A DNA stretch of 54,435 nt from Tubiluchus corallicola (lineage: Eukaryota > Animalia > Priapulida), in NCBI GenBank assembly GCA_030141605.1, contig JAQGDQ010001218.1, positions 1-54,435 on the forward strand. The letters are read 5' to 3'. Positions 1 through 11,315 of this stretch are shown piece by piece. Numbering within the stretch: the first letter of the stretch is position 1; every line of letters begins with the position of its first letter. A program made the position numbers and the translations under genes. The notes under the pieces are model-generated. The model searched no databases. It was not told the DNA's origin and saw only the letters and a program-made list of their open reading frames with translations.

Positions 1-376
1 CAAATAATGGATTCACCAGTAATGGACCCACAAGTAAGGGAACCACAAGTAATAGACCCACCTGTAATGGACCCACAAGTAATGGACCCACCTGTAATGG
101 ACCCACAAGTAATGGACCTACCAGTAATGGGCATTCCAGTAACGAACAGACCGGTATCACCAAGTAAACTCACCGAGTAACTCACAAGCGCGTTCAAACT
201 AGAAACCTGCAGTGGTTACTCTCTAACAATGAAGAACTGACACTCATTCTCCATTCATGGAAAAGTGTCAAAAGTAACTCAGCGAAGCGTTCATACTAGA
301 TAGCTATTCAACTCGCAGTAACTGTTGGAAAGTTGGTAACTGGTTAAGCTATGAAAACTCACTAATGGAAAAAGTC
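1..376 (+). repeat. Direct duplicate of ~2919-3300 (minisatellite end plus TRPA1 intron 6 sequence)
   Basis: Near-identical to 2919-3300, with a cluster of mismatches/indels around 225-265. Confidence 0.9.
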
Positions 377-900
377 TTAACCATTGTTGCCTTCATCATC
401 ATCATCATCATTATCGCCAATTGCCATTATTGTCACTGTCGCCATTATCATCACCTTTAATTTATCATTATCGTTATCATTGTCATCTTCTTGACGTCAT
501 TTGATATCGTAAATTTTTGATGAAACTTTTACTTTTCGTTTGTATCATTTTGTTTTCTTTCTCTTGCAGACGAGATACAATGCTAAGTTATGTAAGAAGT
601 GCTGCAATGGTTTCTATCCCATACATGATGCTTGCAAAAATGCCTCCGGGAAGGTCCTCAAGTTACTCATTGACGAAGGTAGGACCTTCTCTTCCACACG
701 ACGTTTTTGTTGCTAACCTGCGTGTTGAACTAGATTAGATTAGATTTAGATTAGATCAGATTAGATTATTTTATATCAACTCATCATCATAAATTGGATT
801 AGTTTACAATTCCTTACACAATTTAAATGCATTAACTCTAACCCTAACCCCAACCCAACCTTAACCCTAACCCAACCTTAACCCTAACCCCAACCTTAAC
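371..900 (+). pseudogene. Inverted duplicate of ~6330-6903, including an orphan copy of TRPA1 exon 5 (~570-678) and telomere-like repeats
   Basis: ORFs 517..738(+) and 6536..6757(-) encode identical peptides; the flanking sequences are reverse complements. Confidence 0.85.
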
Positions 901-1380
901 GCCAACTGTAAAACACTCCCCCTAGCAACACCAACTGTAAAACACTCCCCCTAGCAACACTATATAAACCTCATTTAACTGAAATTCGTCTGCGGTCCTT
1001 CGTATTGCAGAAAATTATAAAATTAAAGAAACTCTAAAAAATTAAAACATTTTCGTCCATTTTGCTCTTATTTCTTTCAAAGAAGATTTTTGGGACCCTG
1101 TAGAAGCATTTCACACACGACATTTGCATTTAAAACTTAACTGTCTCCTTACAAGACAAGGAAAAGTAACTCCATCTGACAGCTGCAGTTGAGTGGAAAG
1201 CGGAGAGTCTAAATAATTAGTACTGCATCCTACAGATGGCAGCACCAGGTGGCAGCTCTGTTTTAGGCCTGCTAATATTCTGATGACGGTTGTAAAGACG
1301 CCAGGAAAGCCTGTATAAAATGGAGTCTATATAATTATAATGATGACGTCTATATAATTATAATGATGACGTGTTTGCAT

Positions 1381-1922
1381 TTAAAGGGAAGGTCAACTCT
1401 TCTGGAAAGTTGGGTTACTTCAATGTTCGCGTAAAATATCGGAAGGATTTAGTAATAAAACTGCAATTAGCGCCTCGTGTAATGAGTAAAATCACTTTGA
1501 CGTCACGATCACTTCACGCTTGGACGATTCCATTTTCAATGCCCATTCTTCTTCTAATGACGTCATTCGTCTTGAAGAAAAGTAGCGCACTGTCAATTTT
1601 CATCAAAAGTATACTAAGTTTTTCAAAAACATTAGATGGCTGATTTTGTAATAATTTTGCGTCAACATTAGTTATGCTGCAGAAGTTTGAATTAGTAAAA
1701 ACGTCACACACTGACGGAAAGCCACGATGCACTTACGAAAAATCCCGAAATCTCCCAGTTACGTCATAATTTTTAAGGGAATAGCGTCAACCACGATGTT
1801 GAAAATTTCTATTCAGAGGTAATATAGTTTAAATTTATGAGTTATAGGCAGGTTCTATAGCAAATTTCTGAGTGATAATAGTAAAATAAACCCGATACGC
1901 TAAGTGTTGTTCTTTCCTTTAA
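1381..1922. mobile_element. Non-autonomous DNA transposon family A (TTAA|AGG...CCT|TTAA, Kolobok-like); other copies ~18434-18967, ~22874-23201, ~33242-33790
   Basis: TTAA flanks, short imperfect TIRs, and a shared internal sequence (aaatcactttgacgtcacgatcacttca ... ccagttacgtcataatttt) in several dispersed copies. Confidence 0.75.
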
Positions 1923-1933
1923 TATAATCACAC

Positions 1934-2122
1934 CTTTTCTAGCAAGTACTTGACAATCTCTGTATGATCATACATAGCAGCGTGATGCAGTGGTATCATC
2001 TGTTGAATGTCCAGTGTTCCAATGACCTTTGGCACACGGTCAGCTTGTGCAGTAAACATCATTTCTATAATGTCAAGTGATCCTTGAGCACAGGCTAAGT
2101 GTACGGGGGTAGATTCATCGTG
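1934..2122 (-). CDS. TRPA1: TRPA1 coding exon 7 (HDESTPVHLACAQGSLDII...PLHHAAMYDHTEIVKYLLEK)
   Basis: TTTTCACAG| acceptor, AAG|GTGTGA donor, 189 nt; QQHDxSTPVHLACAQG is characteristic of invertebrate TRPA1. Later exons were not found in 1-1933. Confidence 0.94.
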
Positions 2123-2265
2123 CTGTGAAAATAATGCAAGAAACGTGTTAGTAATAAATAATGACACCAGATGGCAGTGCATAGATGTTTAACGCACGGC
2201 TAGTAGCATTGGTAGCATATAGAGACGTTCTGGCAATGCTGAATTCTGCAATGTTAGTAGTGAAC

Positions 2266-3050
2266 CCACCGGTAATGGACCCACCGGTAATAGATCCACC
2301 AGTAATTGACCCACCAGCAGTGGATCCATCAGTAATGGATCCATCCACAAGTAGTGGACCCACCAAATAAGTACCAACTGCAATAACCCAGCCAGTAATG
2401 GACCCGGCCACTTGTAATAGAGCTAGCAGTAATGCTTACACCAGTAATGGACCCACCAGTAATGGATCCACAAGTAATGGATCCACCTGCAATGGACCCA
2501 CAAGTAATGGATCCACCTGTAATTGACCCACAAGTAATGGATCCACCTGTAATAGACACACAAGTAATGGATTCACAAGAACCAACCCACAAATAATGGA
2601 TTCACCAGTAATGGACACACAAGTAATGGAACCACAAGTAATGGATCCACCTGTAATAGACACACAAGTAATGGATTGACCAGTAATGGACCCACAAATA
2701 ATGGATTGACCAGTAATGGACCCACAAGTAATGGATTCACCAGTAATGGACCCACAAGTAATGGAACACAAGTAATGGATCCACCTGTAATAGACACACA
2801 AGTAATGGATCCACCTGTAATAGACACACAAGTAATGGATCCACCTGTAATAGACACACAAGTAATGGATCCACCTGTAATAGACACACAAGTAATGGAT
2901 CTACCTGTAATAGACACACAAATAATGGATTCACCAGTAATGGACCCACAAGTAAGGGAACCACAAGTAATAGACCCACCTGTAATGGACCCACAAGTAA
3001 TGGACCCACCTGTAATGGACCCACAAGTAATGGACCTACCAGTAATGGGC
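2266..3050. repeat. 15-bp-based minisatellite (GTAATGGACCCACCA/CAA variants) in TRPA1 intron 6
   Basis: Visible tandem units with 30-bp dimers; explains the GSITG/VMDPP ORFs. Confidence 0.95.
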
Positions 3051-3363
3051 ATTCCAGTAACGAACAGACCGGTATCACCAAGTAAACTCACCGAGTAACT
3101 CACAAGCGCGTTCAAACTAGAAACCTGCAGTGGTTACTCTCTAACAGAAAGTGTGAACTGACACTCTGTTCTCCATTCACAGCGACAAGTGTCAAAAGTA
3201 ACTCAGCGAAGCGTTCATACTAGATAGCTAATCAACTCGCAGTAACTGTTGGAAAGTTGGTAACTGGTTAAGCTATGAAAACTCACTAATGGAAAAAGTC
3301 GTAATCACACCTTTAGCAATATTTGTATAAAACTATTTGTGTTGGTTAAGCGTGCACGTGTAC

Positions 3364-3509
3364 CTGTTGGGCATCAATGAATGCTCCATTCTCTAAGAGT
3401 AATCTTACAGCTGTTCTGTCACCCCCATTCACAGCGGAATGTAATGGCATATTCTTCTCCTTATCCAGGAATGTTAGTATGTGCTCACGTGAGTAACCAA
3501 GTTTCTCAG
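3364..3509 (-). CDS. TRPA1: TRPA1 coding exon 6 (AEKLGYSREHILTFLDKEKNMPLHSAVNGGDRTAVRLLLENGAFIDAQQ)
   Basis: TGTTTTTCAG| acceptor, CAG|GTACAC donor, 146 nt, phase 1->0; PLHSAVxGGD motif. Confidence 0.93.
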
Positions 3510-6197
3510 CTGAAAAACAACATCATTGAAGAGCGTTAGTATGTGCTCACGTGAGTAACCAAGTTTCGCAGCTGAAAACCAACATCATTGAAGAACGTTA
3601 GTATGTGCTCACGTGAGTAACCAAGTTTCTCAGCTGAAAAACAACATCATTGAAGAATGTTAGTATGTGCTCACGTGAGTAACCAAGTTTCTCAGCTGAA
3701 AGACAACATCATTCAAGAATGTTAGTATGTGCTCACGTGAGTAACCAAGTTTCTCAGCTGAAAAACAACATCATTGAAGAGCGTTAGTATGTGCTCACGT
3801 GAGTAACCAAGTTTCTCAGCTGAAAGACAACATCATTGAAGAATGTTAGTATGTTCTCACGTGAGTAACCAAGTTTCTCAGCTGAAAGACAACATCATTC
3901 AAGAATGTTAGTATGTGCTCACGTGAGTAACCAAGTTTCTTAGCTGAAAAACAACATCATTGAAGAATGTTAGTATGTGCTGACGTGAGTAACCAAGTTT
4001 CTCAGCTGAAAAACAACATCATTGAAGAATGTTAGTATGTTCTCACGTGAGTAACCAAGTTTCTCAGCTGAAAGACAACATCATTGAAGAATGTTAGTAT
4101 GTGCTGACGTGAGTAACCAAGTTTCTCACCTGAAAAACAACATCATTGAAGAATGTTAGTATGTGCTCACGTGAGTAACCAAGTTTCTTAGCTGAAAAAC
4201 AACATCATTGAAGAATGTTAGTATGTGCTCACGTGAGTAACCAAGTTTCTCAGCTGAAAAACAACATCATTGAAGAATGTTAGTATGTACTCACGTGAGT
4301 AACCAAGTTTCTCAGCTGAAAGACAACATCATTGAAGAATGTTAGTATGTGCTCACGTGAGTAACCAAGTTTCTCAGCTGAAAAACAACATCATTGAAGA
4401 ATGTTAGTATGTGCTCACGTGAGTAACCAAGTTTCTTAGCTGAAAAACAACATCATTGAAGAATGTTAGTATGTGCTCACGTGAGTAACCAAGTTTCTCA
4501 GCTGAAAGACAACATCATTGAAGAATGTTAGTATGTGCTCACGTGAGTAACCAAGTTTCTCAGCTGAAAAACAACATCATTGAAGAATGTTAGTATGTGC
4601 TCACGTGAGTAACCAAGTTTCTCAGCTGAAAAACAACATCATTGAAGAATGTTAGTATGTGCTCACGTGAGTAACCAAGTTTCTCAGCTGAAAGACAACA
4701 TCATTGAAGAATGTTAGTATGTGCTCACGTGAGTAACCAAGTTTCTCAGCTGAAAAACAACATCATTGAAGAATGTTAGTATGTGCTCACGTGAGTAACC
4801 AAGTTTCTCAGCTGAAAAACAACATCATTGAAGAATGTTAGTATGTGCTCACGTGAGTAACCAAGTTTCTCAGCTGAAAGACAACATCATTGAAGAATGT
4901 TAGTATGTGCTCACGTGAGTAACCAAGTTTCTCATGACAACATCATTGAAGAATGTTAGTATGTGCTCACGTGAGTAACCAAGTTTCTCAGCTGAAAAAC
5001 AACATCATTGAAGAATGTTAGTATGTGCTCACGTGAGTAACCAAGTTTCTCAGCTGAAAAACAACATCATTGAAGAATGTTAGTATGTGCTCACGTGAGT
5101 AACCAAGTTTCTCAGCTGAAAGACAACATCATTGAAGAATGTTAGTATGTGCTCACGTGAGTAACCAAGTTTCTCAGCTGAAAAACAACATCATTGAAGA
5201 ATGTTAGTATGTGCTCACGTGAGTAACCAAGTTTCTCAGCTGAAAAACAACGTCATTGAAGAATGTTAGTATGTGCTCACGTGAGTAACCAAGTTTCTCA
5301 GCTGAAAAACAACATCATTGAAGAATGTTAGTATGTGCTCACGTGAGTAACCAAGTTTCTCAGCTGAAAAACAACATCATTGAAGAATGTTAGTATGTGC
5401 TCACGTGAGTAACCAAGTTTCTCAGCTGAAAAACAACATCATTGAAGAATGTTAGTATGTGCTCACGTGAGTAACCGTTTCTCAGCTGAAAAACAACTCA
5501 TTGAAGAAGTTAGTATGTGCTCACGTGAGTAACCAAGTTTCTCAGCTGAAAACAACGTCATTGAAGAATGTTAGTATGTGCTCACGTGAGTAACCAAGTT
5601 TCTCAGCTGAAAAACAACGTCATTGAAGAATGTTAGTATGTGCTCACGTGAGTAACCAAGTTTCTCAGCTGAAAAACAACGTCATTGAAGAATGTTAGTA
5701 TGTGCTCACGTGAGTAACCAAGTTTCTCGCTGAAAAACAACGTCATTGAAGAACGTTAGTATGTGCTCACGTGAGTAACCGAGTTTCTCAGCTGAACAAC
5801 AACGTCATTGAAGAATGTTAGTATGTGCTCACGTGAGTAACCAAGTTTCTCAGCTGAAAAACAACGTCATTGAAGAACGTTAGTATGTGCTCACGTGAGT
5901 AACCGAGTTTCTCAGCTGAACAACAACGTCATTGAAGAATGTTAGTATGTGCTCACGTGAGTAACCAAGTTTCTCAGCTGAAAAACAACGTCATTGAAGA
6001 ACGTTAGTATGTGCTCACGTGAGTAACCGAGTTTCTCAGCTGAACAACAACGTCATTGAAGAATGTTAGTATGTGCTCACGTGAGTAACCAAGTTTCTCA
6101 GCTGAAAAACAACGTCATTGAAGAACGTTAGTATGTGCTCACGTGAGTAACCGAGTTTCTCAGCTGAACAACAACGTCATTGAAGAATGTTAGTATG
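3469..6197. repeat. 62-bp tandem array (~44 units) spanning the intron 5/exon 6 junction of TRPA1
   Basis: Period 62 (gtgctcacgt at 3481, 3543, 3605...). Unit = 21 nt of intron end plus the first 41 nt of exon 6. Confidence 0.97.
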
Positions 6198-6440
6198 AGG
6201 GTTGTGGTTAGAGTTAAGGTTGGGTTAGGGTTAAGGTTGGGTTGGGGTTAGGGTTAAGGTTGGGTTGGGGCTAGGATTAGGATCAGGATTAAGATTAGGG
6301 TTGTGGTTAGGGTTAAGGTTGGGTTAGGGTTAAGGTTGGGTTAGGGTTAAGGTTGGGTTGGGGTTAGGGTTAAGGTTGGGTTGGGGTTAGGGTTAAGGTT
6401 GGGTTAGGGTTAAGGTTGGGTTGGGGTTAGGGTTAGAGTT
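6198..6440 (+). repeat. Degenerate TTAGGG/TTGGG/TTAAGG telomere-like repeat (inverted copy at ~835-900)
   Basis: Runs such as GGGTTAGGGTTAAGGTTGGGTTGGGG. Confidence 0.85.
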
Positions 6441-6595
6441 AATGCATTTAAATTGTGTAAGGAATTGTAAACTAATCCAATTTATGATGATGAGTTGATA
6501 TAAAATAATCTAATCTGATCTAATCTAAATCTAATCTAATCTAGTTCAACACGCAGGTTAGCCACAAAAACGTCGTGTGGAAGAGAAGGTCCTAC

Positions 6596-6704
6596 CTTCG
6601 TCAATGAGTAACTTGAGGACCTTCCCGGAGGCATTTTTGCAAGCATCATGTATGGGATAGAAACCATTGCAGCACTTCTTACATAACTTAGCATTGTATC
6701 TCGT
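6596..6704 (-). CDS. TRPA1: TRPA1 coding exon 5 (TRYNAKLCKKCCNGFYPIHDACKNASGKVLKLLIDE)
   Basis: TTTCTCTTGCAG| acceptor, G|GTAGGA donor, 109 nt, phase 0->1; CxNGxYPIHxAxKNAS motif of TRPA1. Confidence 0.93.
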
Positions 6705-7176
6705 CTGCAAGAGAAAGAAAACAAAATGATACAAACGAAAAGTAAAAGTTTCATCAAAAATTTACGATATCAAATGACGTCAAGAAGATGACAATGATAA
6801 CGATAATGATGAATTAAAGGTGATGATAATGGCGACAGTGACAATAATGGCAATTGGCGATAATGATGATGATGATGATGAAGGCAACAATGGTTAAGAC
6901 TTTAATATTACTGAATCTTTTGATGGAAACAATGATGATGTGAGATACTGTGATGACGACGATGATGATGATCACGATCATGCTGGTGATGGCGACAAAA
7001 TCAACAAAGAGAAGAACAGAAATTTGCTGAATATCATATGCAGCATTTGCATGATATACAACTATACCAAATCTTGAATATTTAGTGAAAATTACTTGCC
7101 ACGAAACCTGCTGATAATGCAAAATGTTATTAACTTTTGAAAATGCAGCATCAATTCCAATAATGATTACCATAGT

Positions 7177-8743
7177 AAACTAGTTTATATGAAACAACAC
7201 TCATCAAAGAGACTTTTCAGTACTAAATCTTACCAAGACTACAGCACAGTCATAGTCGTCCTTGATGGAGGCATAGTGCAATGCATGAACTAGCTTGCAT
7301 GAAACAACACTCATCAAAGTGACCTTTCAGTTGTCAAACTTACCAAGACTACAGCACAGTCATAGTCGTCCTTGATAGCGGCATAGTGCAATGCATGAAC
7401 TAGCTTGCATGAAACAACACTCATCAAAGAGACTTTTCAGTACTAAAACTTACCAAGACTACAGCACAGTCATAGTCATCCTTGATAGCGGCATAGTGAA
7501 GTGCACGAACTAGCTTGCATGAAACAACACTCATCAAAGAGACTTTTCAGTACTAAAACTTACCAAGACTACAGCACAGTCATAGTCATCCTTGATGGCG
7601 GCATAGTGAAGTGCACGAACTAGCTTGCATGAAACAACACTCATCAAAGAGACCTTTCAGTACTAAAACTTACCAAAACTACAGCACAGTCATAGTCATC
7701 CTTGATAGCGGCATAGTGAAGTGCACGAACTAGCTTGCATGAAACAACACTCATCAAAGAGACTTTTCAGTACTAAAACTTACCAAGACTACAGCACAGT
7801 CATAGTCATCCTTGATGGCGGCATAGTGAAGTGCACGAACTAGCTTGCATGAAACAACACTCATCAAAGAGACTTTTCAGTACTAGAACTTACCAAGACT
7901 ACAGCACAGTCATAGTCATCCTTGATAGCGGCATAGTGAAGTGCACGAACTAGCTTGCATGAAACAACACTCATCAAAGAGACCTTTCAGTACTAGAACT
8001 TACCAAGACTACAGCACAGTCATAGTCATCCTTGATGGCGGCATAGTGAAGTGCACGAACTAGCTTGTATGAAACAACACTCATCAAAGAGACCTTTCAG
8101 TATTAAAACTTACCAAAACTACAGCACAGTCATAGTCATCCTTGATGGCGGCATAGTGAAGTGCACGAACTAGCTTGTATGAAACAACACTCATCAAAGA
8201 GACTTTTCAGTACTAAAACTTACCAAGACTACAGCACAGTCATAGTCATCCTTGATAGCGGCATAGTGAAGTGCACAAACTAGCTTGCATGAAACAACAC
8301 TCATCAAAGAGACTTTTCAGTACTAAAACTTACCAAGATTACAGCACAGGCATAGTCATCCTTGATGGCGGCATAGTGAAGTGCACGAACCAGCTTGCGT
8401 GAAACAACACTCATCAAAGAGACCTTTCAGTATTAAAACTTACCAAAACTACAGCACAGGCATAGTCATCCTTGATGGCAGCATAGTGAAGTGCACGAAC
8501 TAGCTTGTATGAAACAACACTCATCAAAGAGACCTTTCAGTACTAAAACTTACCAAGACTACAGCACAGTCATAGTCGTCCTTGATGGCGGCATAGTGAA
8601 GTGCACGAACTGGCTTGCATGAAACAACACTCATCAAAGAGACCTTTCAACAACACTCATCAAAGAGACTTTTCAGTACTAGAACTTACCAAGACTACAG
8701 CACAGTCATAGTCATCCTTGATGGCGGCATAGTGCAATGCAGT
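7177..8743. repeat. 110-bp tandem array (~14 units) spanning the exon 4/intron 4 junction of TRPA1
   Basis: gaaacaacac at 7191, 7301, 7411 ... 8621. Each unit carries the last ~17 codons of exon 4 and its donor (GTAAGT in most units). Confidence 0.97.
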
Positions 8744-8797
8744 TCTCCCATTTTTCCCACCCAAGTTCACGTCAACGTGAGGGTGTTTTAGCAACGC
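8690..8797 (-). CDS. TRPA1: TRPA1 coding exon 4 (ALLKHPHVDVNLGGKNGRTALHYAAIKDDYDCAVVL)
   Basis: TTTTAG| acceptor, TTG|GTAAGT donor, 108 nt, phase 0->0; GGxxGRTALHxAAI motif typical of TRPA1. Not in the ORF track. Confidence 0.93.
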
Positions 8798-8970
8798 CTA
8801 AAATAAACCATCTTTGATTGTAGTCACATTTGTTAAAAGTTTGAACAGATGGCGACATACGTGTTGAGAACACTTATGTTTATTTTCATTTGTTCATTAT
8901 TTAGTCATAAACACCTTCGATACCATATAAATACTCTTTGATCATGCAGGCATGAACCACGTTCTCTTGC

Positions 8971-9647
8971 TTAAACGACAAGAAAAGGGACACCTGGAGA
9001 CTTAAACGATAAGAAAAGGGACACCTGGAGACTTAAACGACAAGAAAAGGGGCACCTGAAGTTGGTTTTAGAAAAATCACCTTAAAATTTATATCACTTT
9101 GTAGCATTCTATGCACATATCGTACTAACGTGGAGAGGAATTTTTGTTTCTTTTCATATTAAATTTCGTGCAATACTGTTCCGACCGCAGCATCACATGA
9201 CGTCATACATGCACAACGTAAAAGGGAAGAAAAGGAAAGGTCAAATTATGTCCCAAAAAACTTTCCATGCAAATCTATATTACTTAGCATTTCGCTTACC
9301 TGGTTGAAAAATTGAAATAATAATTTAAAATGTTCGTGCGAATTGGTAAAATGTTGCCTGACTCACCCTCCAGGGTGCACCACTTACGAATCAAAAACGT
9401 ATTTTTAATCGTATTGACTAGATACAGCAATTTAAAAATTTACACAGTTGGTTACGTGTGTGTCACGAATGTTCTGATTATTTTTTCAAACTTGACTCAG
9501 TGTTAACTAAACTTGTTTCAAACGACTAACCATCAAAATGGCTGCATTTAACGGTCATCGCGGGAGTTTAAATTTACATGTTTTATATAGCGTTACCGCC
9601 GACGCAAGCACTGCATGCAAAAGGCGGTATGTAAGCTTGTGCTTTAA
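8971..9647. mobile_element. Non-autonomous DNA transposon family C (TTAA-flanked, Kolobok-like); second copy 40707-41402
   Basis: The two copies are collinear. TIR ttaaaggacaagaaaa / ttttcttgtgctttaa is clearest in the 40707 copy. Confidence 0.8.
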
Positions 9648-9759
9648 CCTCTTTTACTCCAATTAACTAACTTCTAAACATTTTGTAGTCTTAAAAACGC
9701 ATATTTTATTTACAAAGATGAAACCATGCAAATGAATGATTAGCAGGTACCGGTACTAC

Positions 9760-9935
9760 CTCAAGAACACCAGGTTTCCCAAGATCCACTGCAACGTGCA
9801 ACGGCGCCGCGAAGTTGTGGTTAAATTTGTCTGTTTTTGCTCCCCGTAGAATGAGATGGGTGATGGCTTCCAATTGGCCCTTCTCCACGGCAGTGTGAAG
9901 TGGACTGTTGCCAGACAAATCTTCATCATTGATAT
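9760..9935 (-). CDS. TRPA1: TRPA1 coding exon 3 (DINDEDLSGNSPLHTAVEKG...APLHVAVDLGKPGVLE)
   Basis: TTTTTTCCTAG| acceptor, GAG|GTAGTA donor, 176 nt, phase 1->0; two ankyrin PLH motifs. Confidence 0.93.
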
Positions 9936-10021
9936 CTAGGAAAAAATCATTAAAATTTATTATATATTTACACATCCATCTTATTTGTTTGTTTGAGAAA
10001 AACAAAATGGCCAACACTTAT

Positions 10022-10574
10022 TTAAAAGAAACCGGACGATTAATTACCCTCAATCTCATTTTAATTTACTGTACAAAATTACATTTTCTGGCCTATAAAA
10101 GTTAACAATTGTTTCCTATATTTGAATAATTAGCTTGGAAAGTTAATCAACGGAAACCAAAAACAGTTATAGTTTACGTCACAAACTAACCACAGTTTTT
10201 TGCAATGGTAGACATCTTTGCTTGCGAATCAAGCACGTTTGCGCTTGCTATAAGAGAAGATTGCTATACGATGCTGATGTGACGTCATGAAAATGCGCTT
10301 TATGTTCCACTGATGTCACAAAGGAACACCGCAGTTCGTGATCGTGCTTATCACGGTACCGCGCCTATTTGTCGGACACACAAAAAGGCGAGATTGCCAA
10401 TTTCACTAGATTAACTGAATAATTAAGCTTTACAAGTTTAACAAAATTTAACTATCTGAGACAATTATTATTTAATCTAACCTTCGATTTAAAAAAAGCT
10501 ATTATAGTTTTCAATATTTTAGAGCATACTTTATTTTAAACTAATGTTTACGCAATCATCCGGTTTTCCTTTAA
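10022..10574. mobile_element. TTAA-flanked MITE with AGGAAAACCGGATG-like TIRs
   Basis: ttaaaagaaaccggacg ... catccggttttcctttaa. Confidence 0.65.
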
Positions 10575-10814
10575 GGACATTTTAATACAACGTATGTTTA
10601 AATGCTGTCACTCACGCTTTATTCAAATTCCTACCAATTATTAATACAACAGATTAATTTTACAAAATATGTTCTATTTTAAAAGCTCAATTCTATCCTT
10701 ATAACTTCAGAACAAGGGAGTTGGTCGCTGTAAGTTTGTTCTAAAGTAATTGAATAGAATTTGACCTCATCTGTATCTAAGATAGTGCATATTGTAGCTT
10801 TTTGGTTAAATATT

Positions 10815-11160
10815 CTAGAACAGAGTATTAGATGGCCAAAGAAAATTTCGAACGAAGATCTATATGAAAAAATAAAAGAAGAACCTTGGACAGGAAAAAT
10901 AAAAAGACGCCGTTTAAGATGGATTGGGCATATGCTTAGACTACCTGATGATATTCCAGTAAAGATAGCTCTTCAACAAGCCATAGAACCAGCTAAAAAC
11001 CCGCAGGAGGACAAATGTTAACATATTTAGATTTTGCACAGAAAGATTTAAACACTTCAGCATTGATCCTTAGACATAAATGCACTTGGGGCATTGTGGG
11101 GAGCAGGGAGTCCTGGCATAGGGAGGTGAGCAGAATCATGTCACTGGACGTGTGATTCAT

Positions 11161-11192
<32 letters not shown>

Positions 11193-11282
11193 CATGATGA
11201 TGATGATGATGATGATGATCTGGCATAGGGAGGTGAGCAGAATCATGTCCCTGGACGTATGATTCATTGGATGATGATGATG

Positions 11283-11315
<33 letters not shown>

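Noticed and set aside
517-738. Secreted 73-aa peptide MMKLLLFVCIILFSFSC... (also 6536-6757)
   Set aside because: The apparent signal peptide is the polypyrimidine tract of TRPA1 exon 5, read in a different frame from the ankyrin sequence.
1080-1320. Possible TRPA1 exon 8 after the TTTTATACAG acceptor-like site (- strand)
   Set aside because: The phase-0 frame hits TAG after 12 codons, and no frame shows the expected ankyrin motif.
2148-3115. GSITG/VMDPP repeat ORFs (antifreeze- or ice-nucleation-like)
   Set aside because: 15-bp intronic minisatellite open in several frames on both strands; TRPA1 exons 6 and 7 join in frame without it.
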